Assembly (NCBI RefSeq): GCF_000253055.1
Contig: NC_016070.1
Location: forward strand, 1,530,001 to 1,562,000
DNA from: Thermoproteus tenax Kra 1
Lineage (GTDB): Archaea > Thermoproteota > Thermoprotei > Thermoproteales > Thermoproteaceae
Length of the DNA stretch: 32,000 bases
Direction of reading: 5' to 3'
Shown: positions 1 to 10,619 of the stretch, piece after piece
Layout: every line of letters starts with the position of its first letter
How positions within the stretch are numbered: the stretch's first letter is position 1
Position numbers and translations under genes: made by a program
The notes under the pieces: model-generated
Databases searched by the model: none
Seen by the model: the letters and a program-made list of their open reading frames with translations, nothing else
What the model was told of the DNA's origin: nothing

Positions 1-571
1 TGTCTCCCTTTCGTAGCACTTCCTCCGAGAATCCGTCCAACTGAGCCTTGTTGTGATCTACTATCACTATTAGGTTGTTCAACTTGTAGGAGGCGGCCAC
101 CGCCATAGACTCCCACGAGATCCCCTCGTCCAACTCTCCGTCGCCGGTTATCAAGAAGACCTTACCGGCGTGGCCCTTGAGCTTCAAGCCTAGGGCTAGC
201 CCCACGGCCATGCCGATGCCAAGGCCTAAGGATCCCGAGTTGGACACATCGGTGAACGGCGTATCGTCCTCTGGGTGGTTCTGTAGTCTGCTACCCAAAG
301 ACCCCGTCTCTCTCAGCTCGTCTTGGTTCAGATAGCCGAACAACGAGGCCAGCGCGTATATGGCGTGTACGGCGTGGCCCTTGGAGAGGATAAGGTAGTT
401 CCGGGTCGATACGCCGTTATGTGCGTTGAACTTAAGCCGCCCTGTGCCGTAGAGCGCAGTCAATATATCCAGGACCGATAGGGAGGAGCCTATGTGGATG
501 CCTGGATCGTAGGCGGCCATTATCATCAATCGCCTCCGGGCCTCACATGATAGCTCGTCTAGTGAGTCCAC
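1..571 (-). CDS. Transketolase, N-terminal (TPP-binding) subunit, partial (runs off left edge)
   Basis: Read on the minus strand: VDSLDELSCEARRRLMIMAAYDPGIHIGSSLS...GDGELDEG(I)SWESMAVAASYKLNNLIVIVDHNKAQLDG, typical archaeal split transketolase. GTG start inferred at 571; absent from the ORF track because it runs off the window. Confidence 0.85.
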   Translation of the reverse strand, partial: MDSLDELSCEARRRLMIMAAYDPGIHIGSSLSVLDILTALYGTGRLKFNAHNGVSTRNYLILSKGHAVHAIYALASLFGYLNQDELRETGSLGSRLQNHPEDDTPFTDVSNSGSLGLGIGMAVGLALGLKLKGHAGKVFLITGDGELDEGISWESMAVAASYKLNNLIVIVDHNKAQLDGFSEEVLRKGD

Positions 572-700
572 CCCGATTTCGCGTACCCCGAAACCTCCTC
601 CATAAAGGCCGAGGTAAGGAGATCTTAAAAATTTTGTCTTCAACGCATCGAGATGTCCGACGAACTCTTCGCCGCCCTAAAGGGCTGGGTTTCTCCTTGC

Positions 701-838
701 CTATGCCTTCATCGGTAGCCAGGCAACCTCCGGCGCGGGCTCATCGGGCACGGGGCCGGGCGGCACTCGGCCCTCCTCGAGCGCCTTCCTCTCGATGTTT
801 ACCACCGTGACGACGCCCCCCCCCCCCCACTCCAGCAT
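701..838 (-). CDS. Putative 45-aa small protein containing a Gly4 stretch encoded by a poly-G tract
   Basis: MLEWGGGGVVTVVNIERKALEEGRVPPGPVPDEPAPEVAWLPMKA*; TATA-like CTTAAAAAC about 30 nt upstream (plus 867-876). Confidence 0.35.
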   Translation of the reverse strand: MLEWGGGGVVTVVNIERKALEEGRVPPGPVPDEPAPEVAWLPMKA

Positions 839-1045
839 ATCCTCTCCTGCTCCCACTTGATTTGCTGTTTTTAAGCCGCTGTGCCACAGACGGCGGAGGC
901 TTCCCAGAACCTCTCGTGCCGACTACAAAGAACTTCCCCAACGATCGTGAAAAAGGAAGCAGCCCGCGCCGAGTGGGAAGAGGCTGTGGCGAAAATATCG
1001 ACTTGGATGAGGATATCTGGGGCCTAGGGCGTCCCCTCCAAACTT

Positions 1046-1999
1046 TTAGCGCAACTTGGCCAAGGCCGAGACGAGGCCGTCTACCACGGCCTGTTTCAGC
1101 GTCTGCGGCTGCACGGAGCCTGCTCTGTAGTCGGCTGCCAGAGACTTAGCATCTTCATATCTACGCCCTCCTACCTCCAGGGGGCCGTGATAGGGTATGA
1201 GTAGATATGCGGCGAGCTCGTAAACTGGGTTGAACTCAGTCTCGTTGGGAGGACAATACGCTGACCAGACCTTCTTGGAGATCTCCTCAGGCGTGTCCGT
1301 CACATATATGGCCGTGCCGGGCCTCGACTTAGACATCTTGTACAAGGCGAGCACTTCGTCCAACTCTCTACTGCTGCCCTCCATCCTCCCCACGCCGGTC
1401 AGCGAAGTTATTATGGGCGTGTGTATAGAGGAGGGCTTTTTCAGCCCCAACTTCTCGGCCACATCGCGGGCCAACATGTGGGCCCTCCTCTGGTCCAGCC
1501 CTCCCAACGCGACGTCTACGTCAAGATAGAAGATATCCGCCACTTGCATAGCTGGATAGAGCAACTTTGAGAAATCCAGCTCCACCTCCTCCTGTCTTCT
1601 CCCCATTATAGGTATGGCCCTACGTATCCTGGCGAGAGAGGCGGCCTTGGAGACTCTCACCACAAGCTCCCAGTAGTGAGGGTCCGAGGCGAGGTCCCTT
1701 CCGTCCTTGAACTTGAACTTGCTCGATATTCTTCCGGCCAGTTCGCGTATTTTCGCCGCCTGCTCCGCCAACGTCGCCATATCGCCTTTATCGTTTATCC
1801 ACGCGTGCCATATGGCCTCTAGAAGTATCACCTCGAAACCTGCCTCAACGAGATCCCTCGCCTTGTACATCCAGACGAGCCAACCTACGTGCACCGGCCA
1901 GGCCGGCTCGTAGCCGATATACGCCCTTCCGCCAACCTTCCTCTTTATCTCCTCCTCAGTGACTAGCTCCACCGCGTTTCTGGCTACTATGTCGAAGGA
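1046..1999 (-). CDS. tyrS: Tyrosyl-tRNA synthetase
   Basis: Class I aaRS; YKMSKSRPGTAI (KMSKS) motif and archaeal TyrRS-like sequence throughout. Start probably at MSFDIV rather than the track's 2023. Confidence 0.9.
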   Translation of the reverse strand, partial: SFDIVARNAVELVTEEEIKRKVGGRAYIGYEPAWPVHVGWLVWMYKARDLVEAGFEVILLEAIWHAWINDKGDMATLAEQAAKIRELAGRISSKFKFKDGRDLASDPHYWELVVRVSKAASLARIRRAIPIMGRRQEEVELDFSKLLYPAMQVADIFYLDVDVALGGLDQRRAHMLARDVAEKLGLKKPSSIHTPIITSLTGVGRMEGSSRELDEVLALYKMSKSRPGTAIYVTDTPEEISKKVWSAYCPPNETEFNPVYELAAYLLIPYHGPLEVGGRRYEDAKSLAADYRAGSVQPQTLKQAVVDGLVSALAKLR

Positions 2000-2152
2000 C
2001 ATGGCACAAACTCTCGTCCCCAATTTATTAGTTGGGTCCCGCCGCGCCCCAGAGGTCCCGCCGGCTCTGCTGACGTTTTATGTTGCCACATTAAGACCTA
2101 GCTGGGGCGGGGAGCGCGGTCATAGCTTTAAACGATAGCTCGACAGACCCGT

Positions 2153-3139
2153 ATGCTCTACGCGTTCAAAAACAGAGAGAGGGCAAGAGAGCTAAAAGAA
2201 TATTTAGATAAGGAGGGTATACCATCATGGTATGTAGAGCTCTGGGGCAACTATATAGTTACGACGCCGCCTAACGCAAGGGCGCAGACTCCGGTCAAGG
2301 CCGACGTAGAGGTCGAGCTGAAGGGGGAGTACCAACTAGTCTCTAGAGCTTGGAAGAAGGAGCCCACCCCAGTGAGGATAGGGGATAGAGAGGTGGCTGA
2401 GGGGAAGATCTTCATTATAGCGGGGCCGTGCGCCGTGGAGAATAGAGACCAGATAATGGCGGCGGCAAAGGCTGTGAAGGACATAGGGGCGCACGCCCTC
2501 AGAGGCGGCGCCTTCAAGCCCCGTACATCTCCCTACACATTCCAAGGGCTTGGGGAGGAGGGGCTGAAGTTGCTGGCCGAGGCCAGAGAGTCTACAGGTC
2601 TGCCGGTAGTGACCGAAGTTATGGACTCCCAAGATATCCCACTCGTCGCCAAATACGCTGATGCGCTTCAGATAGGGGCCCGCAACATGCAGAATTTCTC
2701 CCTGCTGAAAAAGTTGGGCAAGGCGGGGAGACCCGTGTTACTGAAACGCGGCTTCGGGAATACCATCGACGAGTGGATGGCCGCCGCAGAATATGTGGCG
2801 CTTCACGGCAACGGCGATGTGATCTTCGTGGAGCGCGGGATCCGCACCTTCGACCGAACTCTGCGCTTCACGTTGGACGTCGGAGCTATAGCGTATATGA
2901 AACAGGCGACTCACCTTCCAGTGATAGGGGATCCGAGCCATCCGGCCGGCGACAGGAAGTTCGTGATCCCGCTGGCCCTGGCGATATTGGCGGCCGGCGC
3001 CGACGGTCTTATTGTGGAAGTACACCCCGATCCGTCCAAAGCTTTGAGCGACGCTGCCCAACAGCTGACCTTCGAGCAGTTCAGAGAACTTGTAGAAAAA
3101 GCGCGTGCCCTGGGGAGAGCCCTCGGCAAAACGGTGTAG
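2153..3139 (+). CDS. aroF: 3-deoxy-7-phosphoheptulonate (DAHP) synthase
   Basis: [53 protein letters not shown] motifs of the type I-beta DAHP synthase family with an N-terminal regulatory-like domain. Confidence 0.9.
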   Translation: MLYAFKNRERARELKEYLDKEGIPSWYVELWGNYIVTTPPNARAQTPVKADVEVELKGEYQLVSRAWKKEPTPVRIGDREVAEGKIFIIAGPCAVENRDQIMAAAKAVKDIGAHALRGGAFKPRTSPYTFQGLGEEGLKLLAEARESTGLPVVTEVMDSQDIPLVAKYADALQIGARNMQNFSLLKKLGKAGRPVLLKRGFGNTIDEWMAAAEYVALHGNGDVIFVERGIRTFDRTLRFTLDVGAIAYMKQATHLPVIGDPSHPAGDRKFVIPLALAILAAGADGLIVEVHPDPSKALSDAAQQLTFEQFRELVEKARALGRALGKTV

Positions 3140-3142
3140 CCC

Positions 3143-4090
3143 TTATAAGAGCCTATCCGACATAAGCTTATAGAAGTCGACGACCGATCTGCCGTCCTTC
3201 TCAACCGGCTGTAGCGCCGGCGGTAGCCTCAGATAGTTGGGGTCGTACATGGCAGAGTACCTCTCCTCAAAGGTCGGCACCAGCTCGTTCTTGTACAACA
3301 CGCCTAAGGCGAATCTGTCCGGCTCCAAGATCTTTTCTATCGCCCTCTTCTTCTTCTCGTAGTCCTCCCTCTCATCGTGCACCACAGGGTCCCACGTGGG
3401 ATCGTCGTCCAACTTATAGACCCTCTTCTCGTACCACTCCCTAGTCATTATATTGTTGTAGGTCACGCAGGGGCTGAACACTTGGACTATGGCCGAGCCC
3501 TTATGGAGTATCGCCTCCTTTATCATCTTAGCCGTGTATTTTATGTCATAGCTATAGGAGCGCGCTATAAAGGTAAAGCCTGACGCCAACGCTATCAGTA
3601 ACGGGTTGAGATCGGCTTGAGGATTGGGCTTAGATAGAGCCTTGGGCTGGAGCCCGAGGGGCAACGTAGGGCCGGCCTGGCCGCGCGTCAGGCCGTAGAC
3701 TGCGTTGTCCATCAGTATGACTGTGAAGTCGACGTTCCTCCTACCGGCGCCGAGTATGTGGTTGCCGCCTATGGCGAAAAGGTCGCCGTCTCCGCCGACT
3801 ACCATGACCTCTAAGTTCGGGTTGGCCAACTTAAGGCCTATGGCGAAGGGTATTGCACGTCCGTGTATTGTGTGAGCCGAGATCGTCCTCACGTAGTGGG
3901 GCAATCTGCTACTACAGCCGATGCCCGACACGAGCACTGTCCTCGAGGGATCCATATCCAACTCTGCGAAGACTTGCAACAACGCTTGAAGTATGCCGAA
4001 GTGCCCGCAGCCTGGGCACCACTCCGGCGGCTTTGTCCACTTATAGTCCTGCGGCGTCCTCTTAAGCGTTATCTTAGTGACCGCGGTCAT
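3143..4090 (-). CDS. 2-oxoacid:ferredoxin oxidoreductase, beta subunit
   Basis: [46 protein letters not shown]-binding motifs. Confidence 0.9.
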   Translation of the reverse strand: MTAVTKITLKRTPQDYKWTKPPEWCPGCGHFGILQALLQVFAELDMDPSRTVLVSGIGCSSRLPHYVRTISAHTIHGRAIPFAIGLKLANPNLEVMVVGGDGDLFAIGGNHILGAGRRNVDFTVILMDNAVYGLTRGQAGPTLPLGLQPKALSKPNPQADLNPLLIALASGFTFIARSYSYDIKYTAKMIKEAILHKGSAIVQVFSPCVTYNNIMTREWYEKRVYKLDDDPTWDPVVHDEREDYEKKKRAIEKILEPDRFALGVLYKNELVPTFEERYSAMYDPNYLRLPPALQPVEKDGRSVVDFYKLMSDRLL

Positions 4091-6000
4091 AGGTCCCAGT
4101 CCAACTCTATTCTTTTCTCGCCTTTCTCGAAACGCTCGTAGGCCTCGAGCACTTCGTCCACTGTAATGGGCCTGCCGTTGTACTTGACGGCGACTCCGTC
4201 GGCTGAGATGCCGGCAAACATCCTCACTAAGAGGGATCCTTGGGCCATGTAGTTGCCCTCGATGAACAGAGCCCTCCTGCCCTGGAGGTACCTCCTTACC
4301 AGCTCTGATGGGAATGGATAGAGGAGCCTGAGCTGGAGGAAGCCCACGTTCCGTAGCCTCTCTATAGCGGCCAATATCTGCATCTTAGTTGTGCCCCACG
4401 ACACGATTACAGTCTCGGCATTGGATGGACCATAGTAACGAACTTTATCCTCCTCGGGTATTTCGCGGGATATAAGCTCCAGCTTCCTCATCCTTTTATC
4501 GTACATCCTCTTGACCATCTCAGCGTCCTCGTCCGGATCTCCCTCCGGGTCGTGCTCCAGACTTACCACGTGGTACACAGCCTTGGAGATTCCCGGTAAG
4601 TATCTGACGGGCAAGCCGTCGTCCGTGATCTCATATCTATTCGCGTTTCTCTCCTCCTGGAACACCACTGGCTGCGGCCTTTCGATTTTAACCGAGTATG
4701 GGTCCGGTGCCGGCATGATCGCGAAGGTGTTCGAGAGGTCTTTGTCCACCAAGTGTATCACGGGCACTTGATATTTGTCGGCCCAATTAGCGACCTTTAT
4801 GGCATCATAGAAGGCCTCCTCTAGGTCTCCGCTGGCGAGCACTATCTTCGGGAACTCGCCGTGGCCTATAAAGAGTGAGTACAAGAGGTCGTGTTGGCCG
4901 GTTCGGGTAGCCAGCCCAGTGCTCGGGCCCGCCCTGGACCATAAAGTGAGCACTACGCCCAGCTCGGCCATGCCCAACATAGAGATCGTCTCAGCCATGA
5001 GGCTCATCCCGGGGCCGGAGGTGGCGGTGGCAGCTCTGGCGCCCGCCATGGCGGCCCCCGCTGCAGCAGCGATTGCCGCCAGCTCGTCCTCAGTCTGCAA
5101 TACGACGGCGCCCACCCTCTCCATCGCCTTGAGCTCCTCGGAGACTGGGAGGACGGGATACGGCAGCTTCCTTTCAGCGAACATGGGGTCGTCTGTCGAG
5201 GGCGTTATTGGGTAGAACGATATAAAGCGGACGCCGCCCATTATCTTACCCACACTGACGGCCTCATTCCCGTTCCAGTATATACGCTTCACTCCGGGCT
5301 CCCTCGGCCTCAGCACCTCCACCCGCTCTGTCACCAGTTTGCTCACCTCGGCCGCCACAGCCTTGTTCTGTTCTATCACCTCCTTCTTCCTCCCCAGCGC
5401 AAATGTTACGCCCCTCTCTACGTATTCGATGGGGAGACCCAACAGCGAGGTGCCAACGGCGACCACCAAAGTGTTTACAAAACGGGAGAGCATCACGGGC
5501 GAGGTGACGCCTATCTTGCGTCCTATCTCGAGTAGCAGCTTATTGAAGGGCAGGCCTACGACCTTCGCTCCCTGCGACCTAATATACTCAATGGCGCTTT
5601 TCACCGTAGGCTCTCGGCCTTGTTGTTTGAAGAACCGGGCCAATCTTTCCGCGGCGGTTCTGGAGATCATAGTGAAAGAGTCCAAGGTCTTGGAGTCCTC
5701 CTCGGAGTTATAGACGACGACTCCGCCCGGCTCTATGTGGAAGATGTGTTCGAACACAGACTGGCCCTCCATCAGCAGGGCCAGCTTGGCCTTTTTCTCT
5801 ATACCTCCGGGCGGCCATTTATCGGACACCTTCCCTACAAAATAGCTGTGTCTGCCCCCTGCAATGTTCGACCAGAACTCCCTTCGTCCATACACGTAGT
5901 ACCCGGCGGAGCCCACCGCATATATGAACATAATCGACGCAGTTTCGACGCCCTTGCCCTGCGGCCCTCCTATTAAAAAGCTTAGTTCTGTCATTATCAA
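4087..6000 (-). CDS. 2-oxoacid:ferredoxin oxidoreductase, fused gamma-alpha subunit
   Basis: N-terminal gamma domain (GGPQGKGVETAS...) fused to an alpha domain (FYPITPSTDDPMFAE, TATSGPGMSLMAETISM). Stop/start overlap with the beta subunit. Confidence 0.9.
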   Translation of the reverse strand: MIMTELSFLIGGPQGKGVETASIMFIYAVGSAGYYVYGRREFWSNIAGGRHSYFVGKVSDKWPPGGIEKKAKLALLMEGQSVFEHIFHIEPGGVVVYNSEEDSKTLDSFTMISRTAAERLARFFKQQGREPTVKSAIEYIRSQGAKVVGLPFNKLLLEIGRKIGVTSPVMLSRFVNTLVVAVGTSLLGLPIEYVERGVTFALGRKKEVIEQNKAVAAEVSKLVTERVEVLRPREPGVKRIYWNGNEAVSVGKIMGGVRFISFYPITPSTDDPMFAERKLPYPVLPVSEELKAMERVGAVVLQTEDELAAIAAAAGAAMAGARAATATSGPGMSLMAETISMLGMAELGVVLTLWSRAGPSTGLATRTGQHDLLYSLFIGHGEFPKIVLASGDLEEAFYDAIKVANWADKYQVPVIHLVDKDLSNTFAIMPAPDPYSVKIERPQPVVFQEERNANRYEITDDGLPVRYLPGISKAVYHVVSLEHDPEGDPDEDAEMVKRMYDKRMRKLELISREIPEEDKVRYYGPSNAETVIVSWGTTKMQILAAIERLRNVGFLQLRLLYPFPSELVRRYLQGRRALFIEGNYMAQGSLLVRMFAGISADGVAVKYNGRPITVDEVLEAYERFEKGEKRIELDWDL

Positions 6001-6239
6001 TACTTCAAATATGAGTATTTATATTTTCTCATAAATTTGTGTTCAAGCAATTCTAAATCTTTTTAAAAATTTCCTACTATATTATTCATTAGTTTCCTTG
6101 CCAATATATTTTTTATTTTTCTATATATATAGTTACTTATCTATATGAATTGCGATATCGGTCTGATGTTATGTATGATATCAAACTTAATATCATTGAA
6201 AATAAAAATTACAACAAATAAATTAAAAAAATATTTTAA

Positions 6240-6797
6240 TTATTTTTTAGTTTTTATAATAGGTGGACCTAGGAAGGCGCCAGCTGGCTTTCCCCACATC
6301 TCGGCCAGTATCTGCGCAAAGGCTGTATACCAGGCAGCAAGCGCAGTCAATATGCCGACGAAGCCTCCCGCCGTTGTCGCCCCGCCTGCAAGCAGGAAGA
6401 ACGTGATCCACAAAAGGAGGAACACCACGAAGAGTGCAGCGTTGGCCCTAAAGGTCCCAATCCACATTATGAAGGTAAATATGCCAAATGCCCACAGCAC
6501 TATGGACACATACGGAAGAGCAGAGGGGAAATACGCCACAGTGAGGTAGAACCACTCCCAGAAGGCTCCATAGGTGAAGAACGCGACGTAGCCGAAGGTG
6601 TTGGCCTTAAAATACTCGAGAATGCCGGCGACGATCTGTGCCAGGCCGCCGTAGAATGCTGCAAGCCCCAACACGACGGGGACGCCTTGGCCGCTCAATA
6701 GGCCGGCGTTGAAGGCGCTTAATACCAGCGTCGTCAACGCAAAGCCTGATAGACCTAGCGGCGCCGGATTTGCGGTATTTCCGTTGGCCATGTACAT
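6240..6797 (-). CDS. satP: GPR1/FUN34/YaaH (SatP) family acetate/succinate transporter
   Basis: [23 protein letters not shown] signature and six hydrophobic segments; adjacent to acetyl-CoA synthetase. Confidence 0.85.
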   Translation of the reverse strand: MYMANGNTANPAPLGLSGFALTTLVLSAFNAGLLSGQGVPVVLGLAAFYGGLAQIVAGILEYFKANTFGYVAFFTYGAFWEWFYLTVAYFPSALPYVSIVLWAFGIFTFIMWIGTFRANAALFVVFLLLWITFFLLAGGATTAGGFVGILTALAAWYTAFAQILAEMWGKPAGAFLGPPIIKTKK

Positions 6798-6883
6798 TAT
6801 GGATTACTGTGTTTTTAAATATTGATACTGATAAAAACTCTTTAATAATGTAAAAATAGATATTCTTTACAAAAAACTATTTT

Positions 6884-8890
6884 TTATTGAGATACTTCTC
6901 TTTTTAGCTCTTCGTACGCCCTCTTGGCCTCCTCCACTGAGGTCTCGTCCTCCAATGTTGTAGTGTCTCCCAACGGCGAGTTCGTGGCCACCGCTCTCAG
7001 CAGACGGCGCATTATCTTGCCCGAGCGCGTCTTGGGGAGCTTCGACACGAAGAATATCTGCGCAGGCTCCGCTATTGGTCCCACGGTGTTCCTTATGTGC
7101 TGGCGTAGCTCCTTTCTGAGCTCGTCAGTTCCAGCCACGCCTTGTTTTAGAACGATGAACGCTATGGGCACCTCGCCCTTTATCGGGTCGGGCACCCCTA
7201 TCACTGCGGCCTCGGCGACGGCCGGGTGGGATATAAACGCCGACTCCAGCTCGTAGGTGCCGAGGCGGTGGCCCGCGACCTTTATCACCTCGTCGGCTCT
7301 GCCCAACACCCATATGTAGCCGTCCTGGTCCCTTATGGCGTAGTCGCCGGCGTAGAACATGCCGGGGAACCTCGACCAGTACGTCTTGATGTAGCGCTCC
7401 GGGTCGCCCCATATGCCGTGGAGCATGCCCGGCCACGGCCTCTTGATCACGAGGTAGCCTCTGACGCCCGGCGGCGCCGGCTTGCCGCTCTCGTCGACGA
7501 CGTCGACCTCAAAGCCAGGTAGCGGCGGGCCGTTCGTTCCAGGCTTCATGGGCGCTAAGTATAAGCCCGGCGCATGGGATATCACAATGCCGCCGGTCTC
7601 TGTCATCCACCAAGTGGAGCCGAAGGCCACGTTCTGGCTGCCTAAATTAGTATAGGCCCACCTCCAAGCCTCGGGGTTTATGGGCTCACCGACCGAGTGA
7701 ATGATCCTCAACGTTGACAGATCGTGCTTCCTGGGCCACTCCTCGCCGAACCTCATGAAGGTCCTTATCGCAGTGGGCGAAGTGTACAATATACTCACGC
7801 CGTATCTCTCTATGATCGCCCACCAGCGGTCGGGCTGCGGGAAGTCGGGCGCGCCCTCGTACATGATTTGTGTGGCGCCCATTAACATCGGGCCCAATAC
7901 TATGTAGGAGTGTCCAGTGACCCAACCTATGTCGGCCGTGCACCAGTAGATGTCATCGTCTCTTACGTCGAAGACCCACTTCATAGTGGCGTACACATGG
8001 ACGGCCCAACCGCCTGTATCGTGTATTATGCCCTTGGGCTTCCCGGTGGTGCCCGATGTATATAGTATATAGGATGGATGCGTGCTCTCGAGCCTCTCGG
8101 GCTCCACATATGCGTTGTGAGGTACGCCGGCCAAGGCCTTCTCCCAGAACCAGTCTCTGCCCTCAGTCATAGGCACGTCGTTTAGGCCCAACCTTCTATA
8201 GACGACGACGTTCTCGACCCCCGGCGCCTTCTCCAGCGCCTTGTCCACAATATCCTTCAGCCTCACCACCTTGCCCCTCCTCCAGAAGCCGTCCGCTGTT
8301 ATTACTAACCGAGACTGGGAGTCGTTTATGCGGTCGGCCAAGGCATCTGCGGAGAACCCGGAGAACACCACGCTGGTTATAGCCCCTATTCTCCAGGCCG
8401 CGTACATGACGATCGGGAGCTCAGGTATCATCGGCAAATATATCGTGATGCGATCGCCCTTCCTGACGCCAAAGTTGTTCCTCAACATATAGGCCACTCT
8501 GTTCACCTCCCTCCACATGTCGTAGTACGTGAGCTTCCTCCTGTCCACCGGGTAGCCGCTCTGGTCCACGGGCTCCCCCTCCCATATGAGGGCGAGCTTG
8601 TTCTTGCGCCAAGTTTTGACGTGTCTGTCCAGAGCCAGGTAGGACAGATTCAGCTCCCCTCCAACGAACCATTTGTAGAAGGGCGGGTTGGACGCGTCCA
8701 ACACTTTGTCCCAGGGCTTGAACCACTCGAGCTCCCTAGCTATCGAGGCCCAGAACTCCTCGAAGCTCTCGATGCTCCGTCTGTGGAGGTCCCAGTAGGA
8801 CTTTACATCTAAAGTTCGCGATCTCCATCTATCATTGTATACATATTCATTGAATGGCAGATTCTCACTTTCTAGAGACATACCTTTCAT
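6884..8890 (-). CDS. acsA: Acetyl-CoA synthetase (AMP-forming)
   Basis: YILYTSGTTGKPKGI, GSTWWMTETGG, VIKVAGHRLGTYELE, KTRSGKIMRR motifs. Start may be at M4 (MSLESENLPF). Confidence 0.93.
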   Translation of the reverse strand: MKGMSLESENLPFNEYVYNDRWRSRTLDVKSYWDLHRRSIESFEEFWASIARELEWFKPWDKVLDASNPPFYKWFVGGELNLSYLALDRHVKTWRKNKLALIWEGEPVDQSGYPVDRRKLTYYDMWREVNRVAYMLRNNFGVRKGDRITIYLPMIPELPIVMYAAWRIGAITSVVFSGFSADALADRINDSQSRLVITADGFWRRGKVVRLKDIVDKALEKAPGVENVVVYRRLGLNDVPMTEGRDWFWEKALAGVPHNAYVEPERLESTHPSYILYTSGTTGKPKGIIHDTGGWAVHVYATMKWVFDVRDDDIYWCTADIGWVTGHSYIVLGPMLMGATQIMYEGAPDFPQPDRWWAIIERYGVSILYTSPTAIRTFMRFGEEWPRKHDLSTLRIIHSVGEPINPEAWRWAYTNLGSQNVAFGSTWWMTETGGIVISHAPGLYLAPMKPGTNGPPLPGFEVDVVDESGKPAPPGVRGYLVIKRPWPGMLHGIWGDPERYIKTYWSRFPGMFYAGDYAIRDQDGYIWVLGRADEVIKVAGHRLGTYELESAFISHPAVAEAAVIGVPDPIKGEVPIAFIVLKQGVAGTDELRKELRQHIRNTVGPIAEPAQIFFVSKLPKTRSGKIMRRLLRAVATNSPLGDTTTLEDETSVEEAKRAYEELKREVSQ

Positions 8891-9114
8891 GTTATATCAA
8901 TTTATAAGCATTTCTTAAAATATATGTAAAAATAAACTGAAGAATATTTAAGCTAATATTTTCACTACTTTTAAGAAATGAACTATATATAGAAAAAGAA
9001 TAATATAGATACATAAAAATTATTTATATGTATATACAAGCAGAAAATAAATTTTATATAATTAACATTTCGTCATATGGCTTATAGCAAAGATCGTATT
9101 AAGTGGTGAATTGT

Positions 9115-10317
9115 CTAGTCGTGTGACTGCGCTTCGACAAGCCCAGCTGAAGCCAGAGCTCTCTTTATATAGGCTTGCCTATTCTTCTCGTAGTCATCGG
9201 CGCTGAACGATTGTATTTTTGCCAAGATCTTCGGCAACGATGTATACTCCATCTCTTCCGGCGGAAGGCGGTGCGGCTGGAAGGGTCCCATCCTTCTGAT
9301 ATAGTCCGTTATCATGGCGGCCAACTGGCGCGTGTAGTCGAAGGCTGGGTCGTCGAATAGGTCCACTGGGCCCTCCAAGTATCCATCGTGTAGTTGCCAG
9401 CCGAGCGCGCCTATCTTGGGCGGGCCGTCGAACCTGGTCATCCTGGCGCCGACCGCGATCCTCTTCTCTGCATCAATGGAGTAAAACTTCATGGGCATGA
9501 GGGGGCCCGCATGGCTTCCCCTCATCCAACCGTGAACTAAGTGGGGATAAGCGAAGGCCTCCAACACCTCGCCGACAGCCGGCATGCCGTGTTGAGCCCT
9601 CACTATGGCGACGGGGTCGTCCTTCCCCACGTACTTCCCGGCGATCAAGTTGAGCCTCTCGACGCTAACGGCGGCCGCAGGAGCGCCGTCAGATCTACGA
9701 TATACCCTCCTGACTATATATCTGCCCGTCGTGCCTATAAGGCCGAGGAGCGAGTATATATCCTCGGGCGCTTTCAAGAGGTATACTTTGTGCTCGTACA
9801 CGTCCAATACCTCATAGAGGAAGCCCTCGTGCATCGCGGGGTCTATCACAAGGCCGGCTGTATTGAACGGATCGGCGAACATCTTATACATAGGCAAGTT
9901 GAACGCGCCAGGCTCGGTCTTATCGGCCGCGAAAGTTATGACAGGCTCCGAGGGCCTCTCCTCTATCTCCATCTCGGCGACCTGGGGCCCCATGCCCCTT
10001 ATGTTCCCCGAGAAGGTGTCCTTCAAGAGGTCTTGGCCTGCGCCGTAGAGCTTGAACTTCTTTGCAATCTTCTCTGTGACCTCCTTGAAGGTCTCCCAAG
10101 CGAGGCCGTGTATCTCAGGGTGGTTCTCGCCCTTTGTATGCGTCATCAGGAGCGAGATGTCGTCCCCCACGTTGTAAACGAAATAATCTATTATGAGGCC
10201 CCTCCTCTGAGCCTCCCTTAGTCTCTCGGCGGCTAGCTCCAACATCTTGGGGTGGACCCAAGCGTGGCCTGGCCAACCCCCTATATCTGCCTTGATTATG
10301 CTTATAGTGGTTTTCAT
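9115..10317 (-). CDS. fbp: Archaeal fructose-1,6-bisphosphate aldolase/phosphatase
   Basis: MKTTISIIKADIGGWPGHAWVHPKML, YGAGQDLLKDTFSGNIRGMGP, DPFNTAGLVIDP: characteristic of the bifunctional FBPA/P family. Confidence 0.93.
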   Translation of the reverse strand: MKTTISIIKADIGGWPGHAWVHPKMLELAAERLREAQRRGLIIDYFVYNVGDDISLLMTHTKGENHPEIHGLAWETFKEVTEKIAKKFKLYGAGQDLLKDTFSGNIRGMGPQVAEMEIEERPSEPVITFAADKTEPGAFNLPMYKMFADPFNTAGLVIDPAMHEGFLYEVLDVYEHKVYLLKAPEDIYSLLGLIGTTGRYIVRRVYRRSDGAPAAAVSVERLNLIAGKYVGKDDPVAIVRAQHGMPAVGEVLEAFAYPHLVHGWMRGSHAGPLMPMKFYSIDAEKRIAVGARMTRFDGPPKIGALGWQLHDGYLEGPVDLFDDPAFDYTRQLAAMITDYIRRMGPFQPHRLPPEEMEYTSLPKILAKIQSFSADDYEKNRQAYIKRALASAGLVEAQSHD

Positions 10318-10619
10318 GGCCCAGTCCAGCTAGGGCTATAAAAATATTCCGAGATATAATTAAAGTCTAATATGTTGATACTCACGAATTATAGATCCAA
10401 CAGTAGATTAAAGTCTGATAATACTATAAGCCCACTAGGTCTAATGCGATAATTCTCAATGAAATAATCAATCCTTATAAAATTACTTAGTTTATCATTT
10501 ATATATCACAAGAAACCTCTGGAAAAATCAATATATTTTTACTTAATTTTATTTAAACTAAATTTAATATTATTTTTTGTGTAATAAAAATTTTATATGA
10601 GATAAATATAAAGTGCGAT

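Noticed and set aside
547-941. Track ORFs 547..810 (+), 741..941 (-) and 862..1149 (+)
   Set aside because: Low-complexity Pro/Arg-rich translations, antisense or alternate-frame to better supported genes; no domain signal.
1230-1913. Plus-strand ORFs opposite tyrS
   Set aside because: Shadow ORFs in high-GC coding DNA; composition and conservation favour the TyrRS frame.
2251-3204. ORFs overlapping the DAHP synthase gene in other frames
   Set aside because: No recognisable motifs; typical mirror ORFs.
6145-6549. Plus-strand ORF entering an AT-rich gap opposite satP
   Set aside because: N-terminus is low-complexity AT-rich DNA and the rest is antisense to the transporter.
9541-10221. 226-aa plus-strand ORF antisense to FBP aldolase/phosphatase
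   Set aside because: Long but fully nested opposite a highly conserved enzyme; high-GC mirror ORF.
10357-10440. Direct repeat ATTAAAGTCTRATA (two copies, about 50 nt apart)
   Set aside because: Only two short copies in AT-rich DNA; not enough for a CRISPR or regulatory array.
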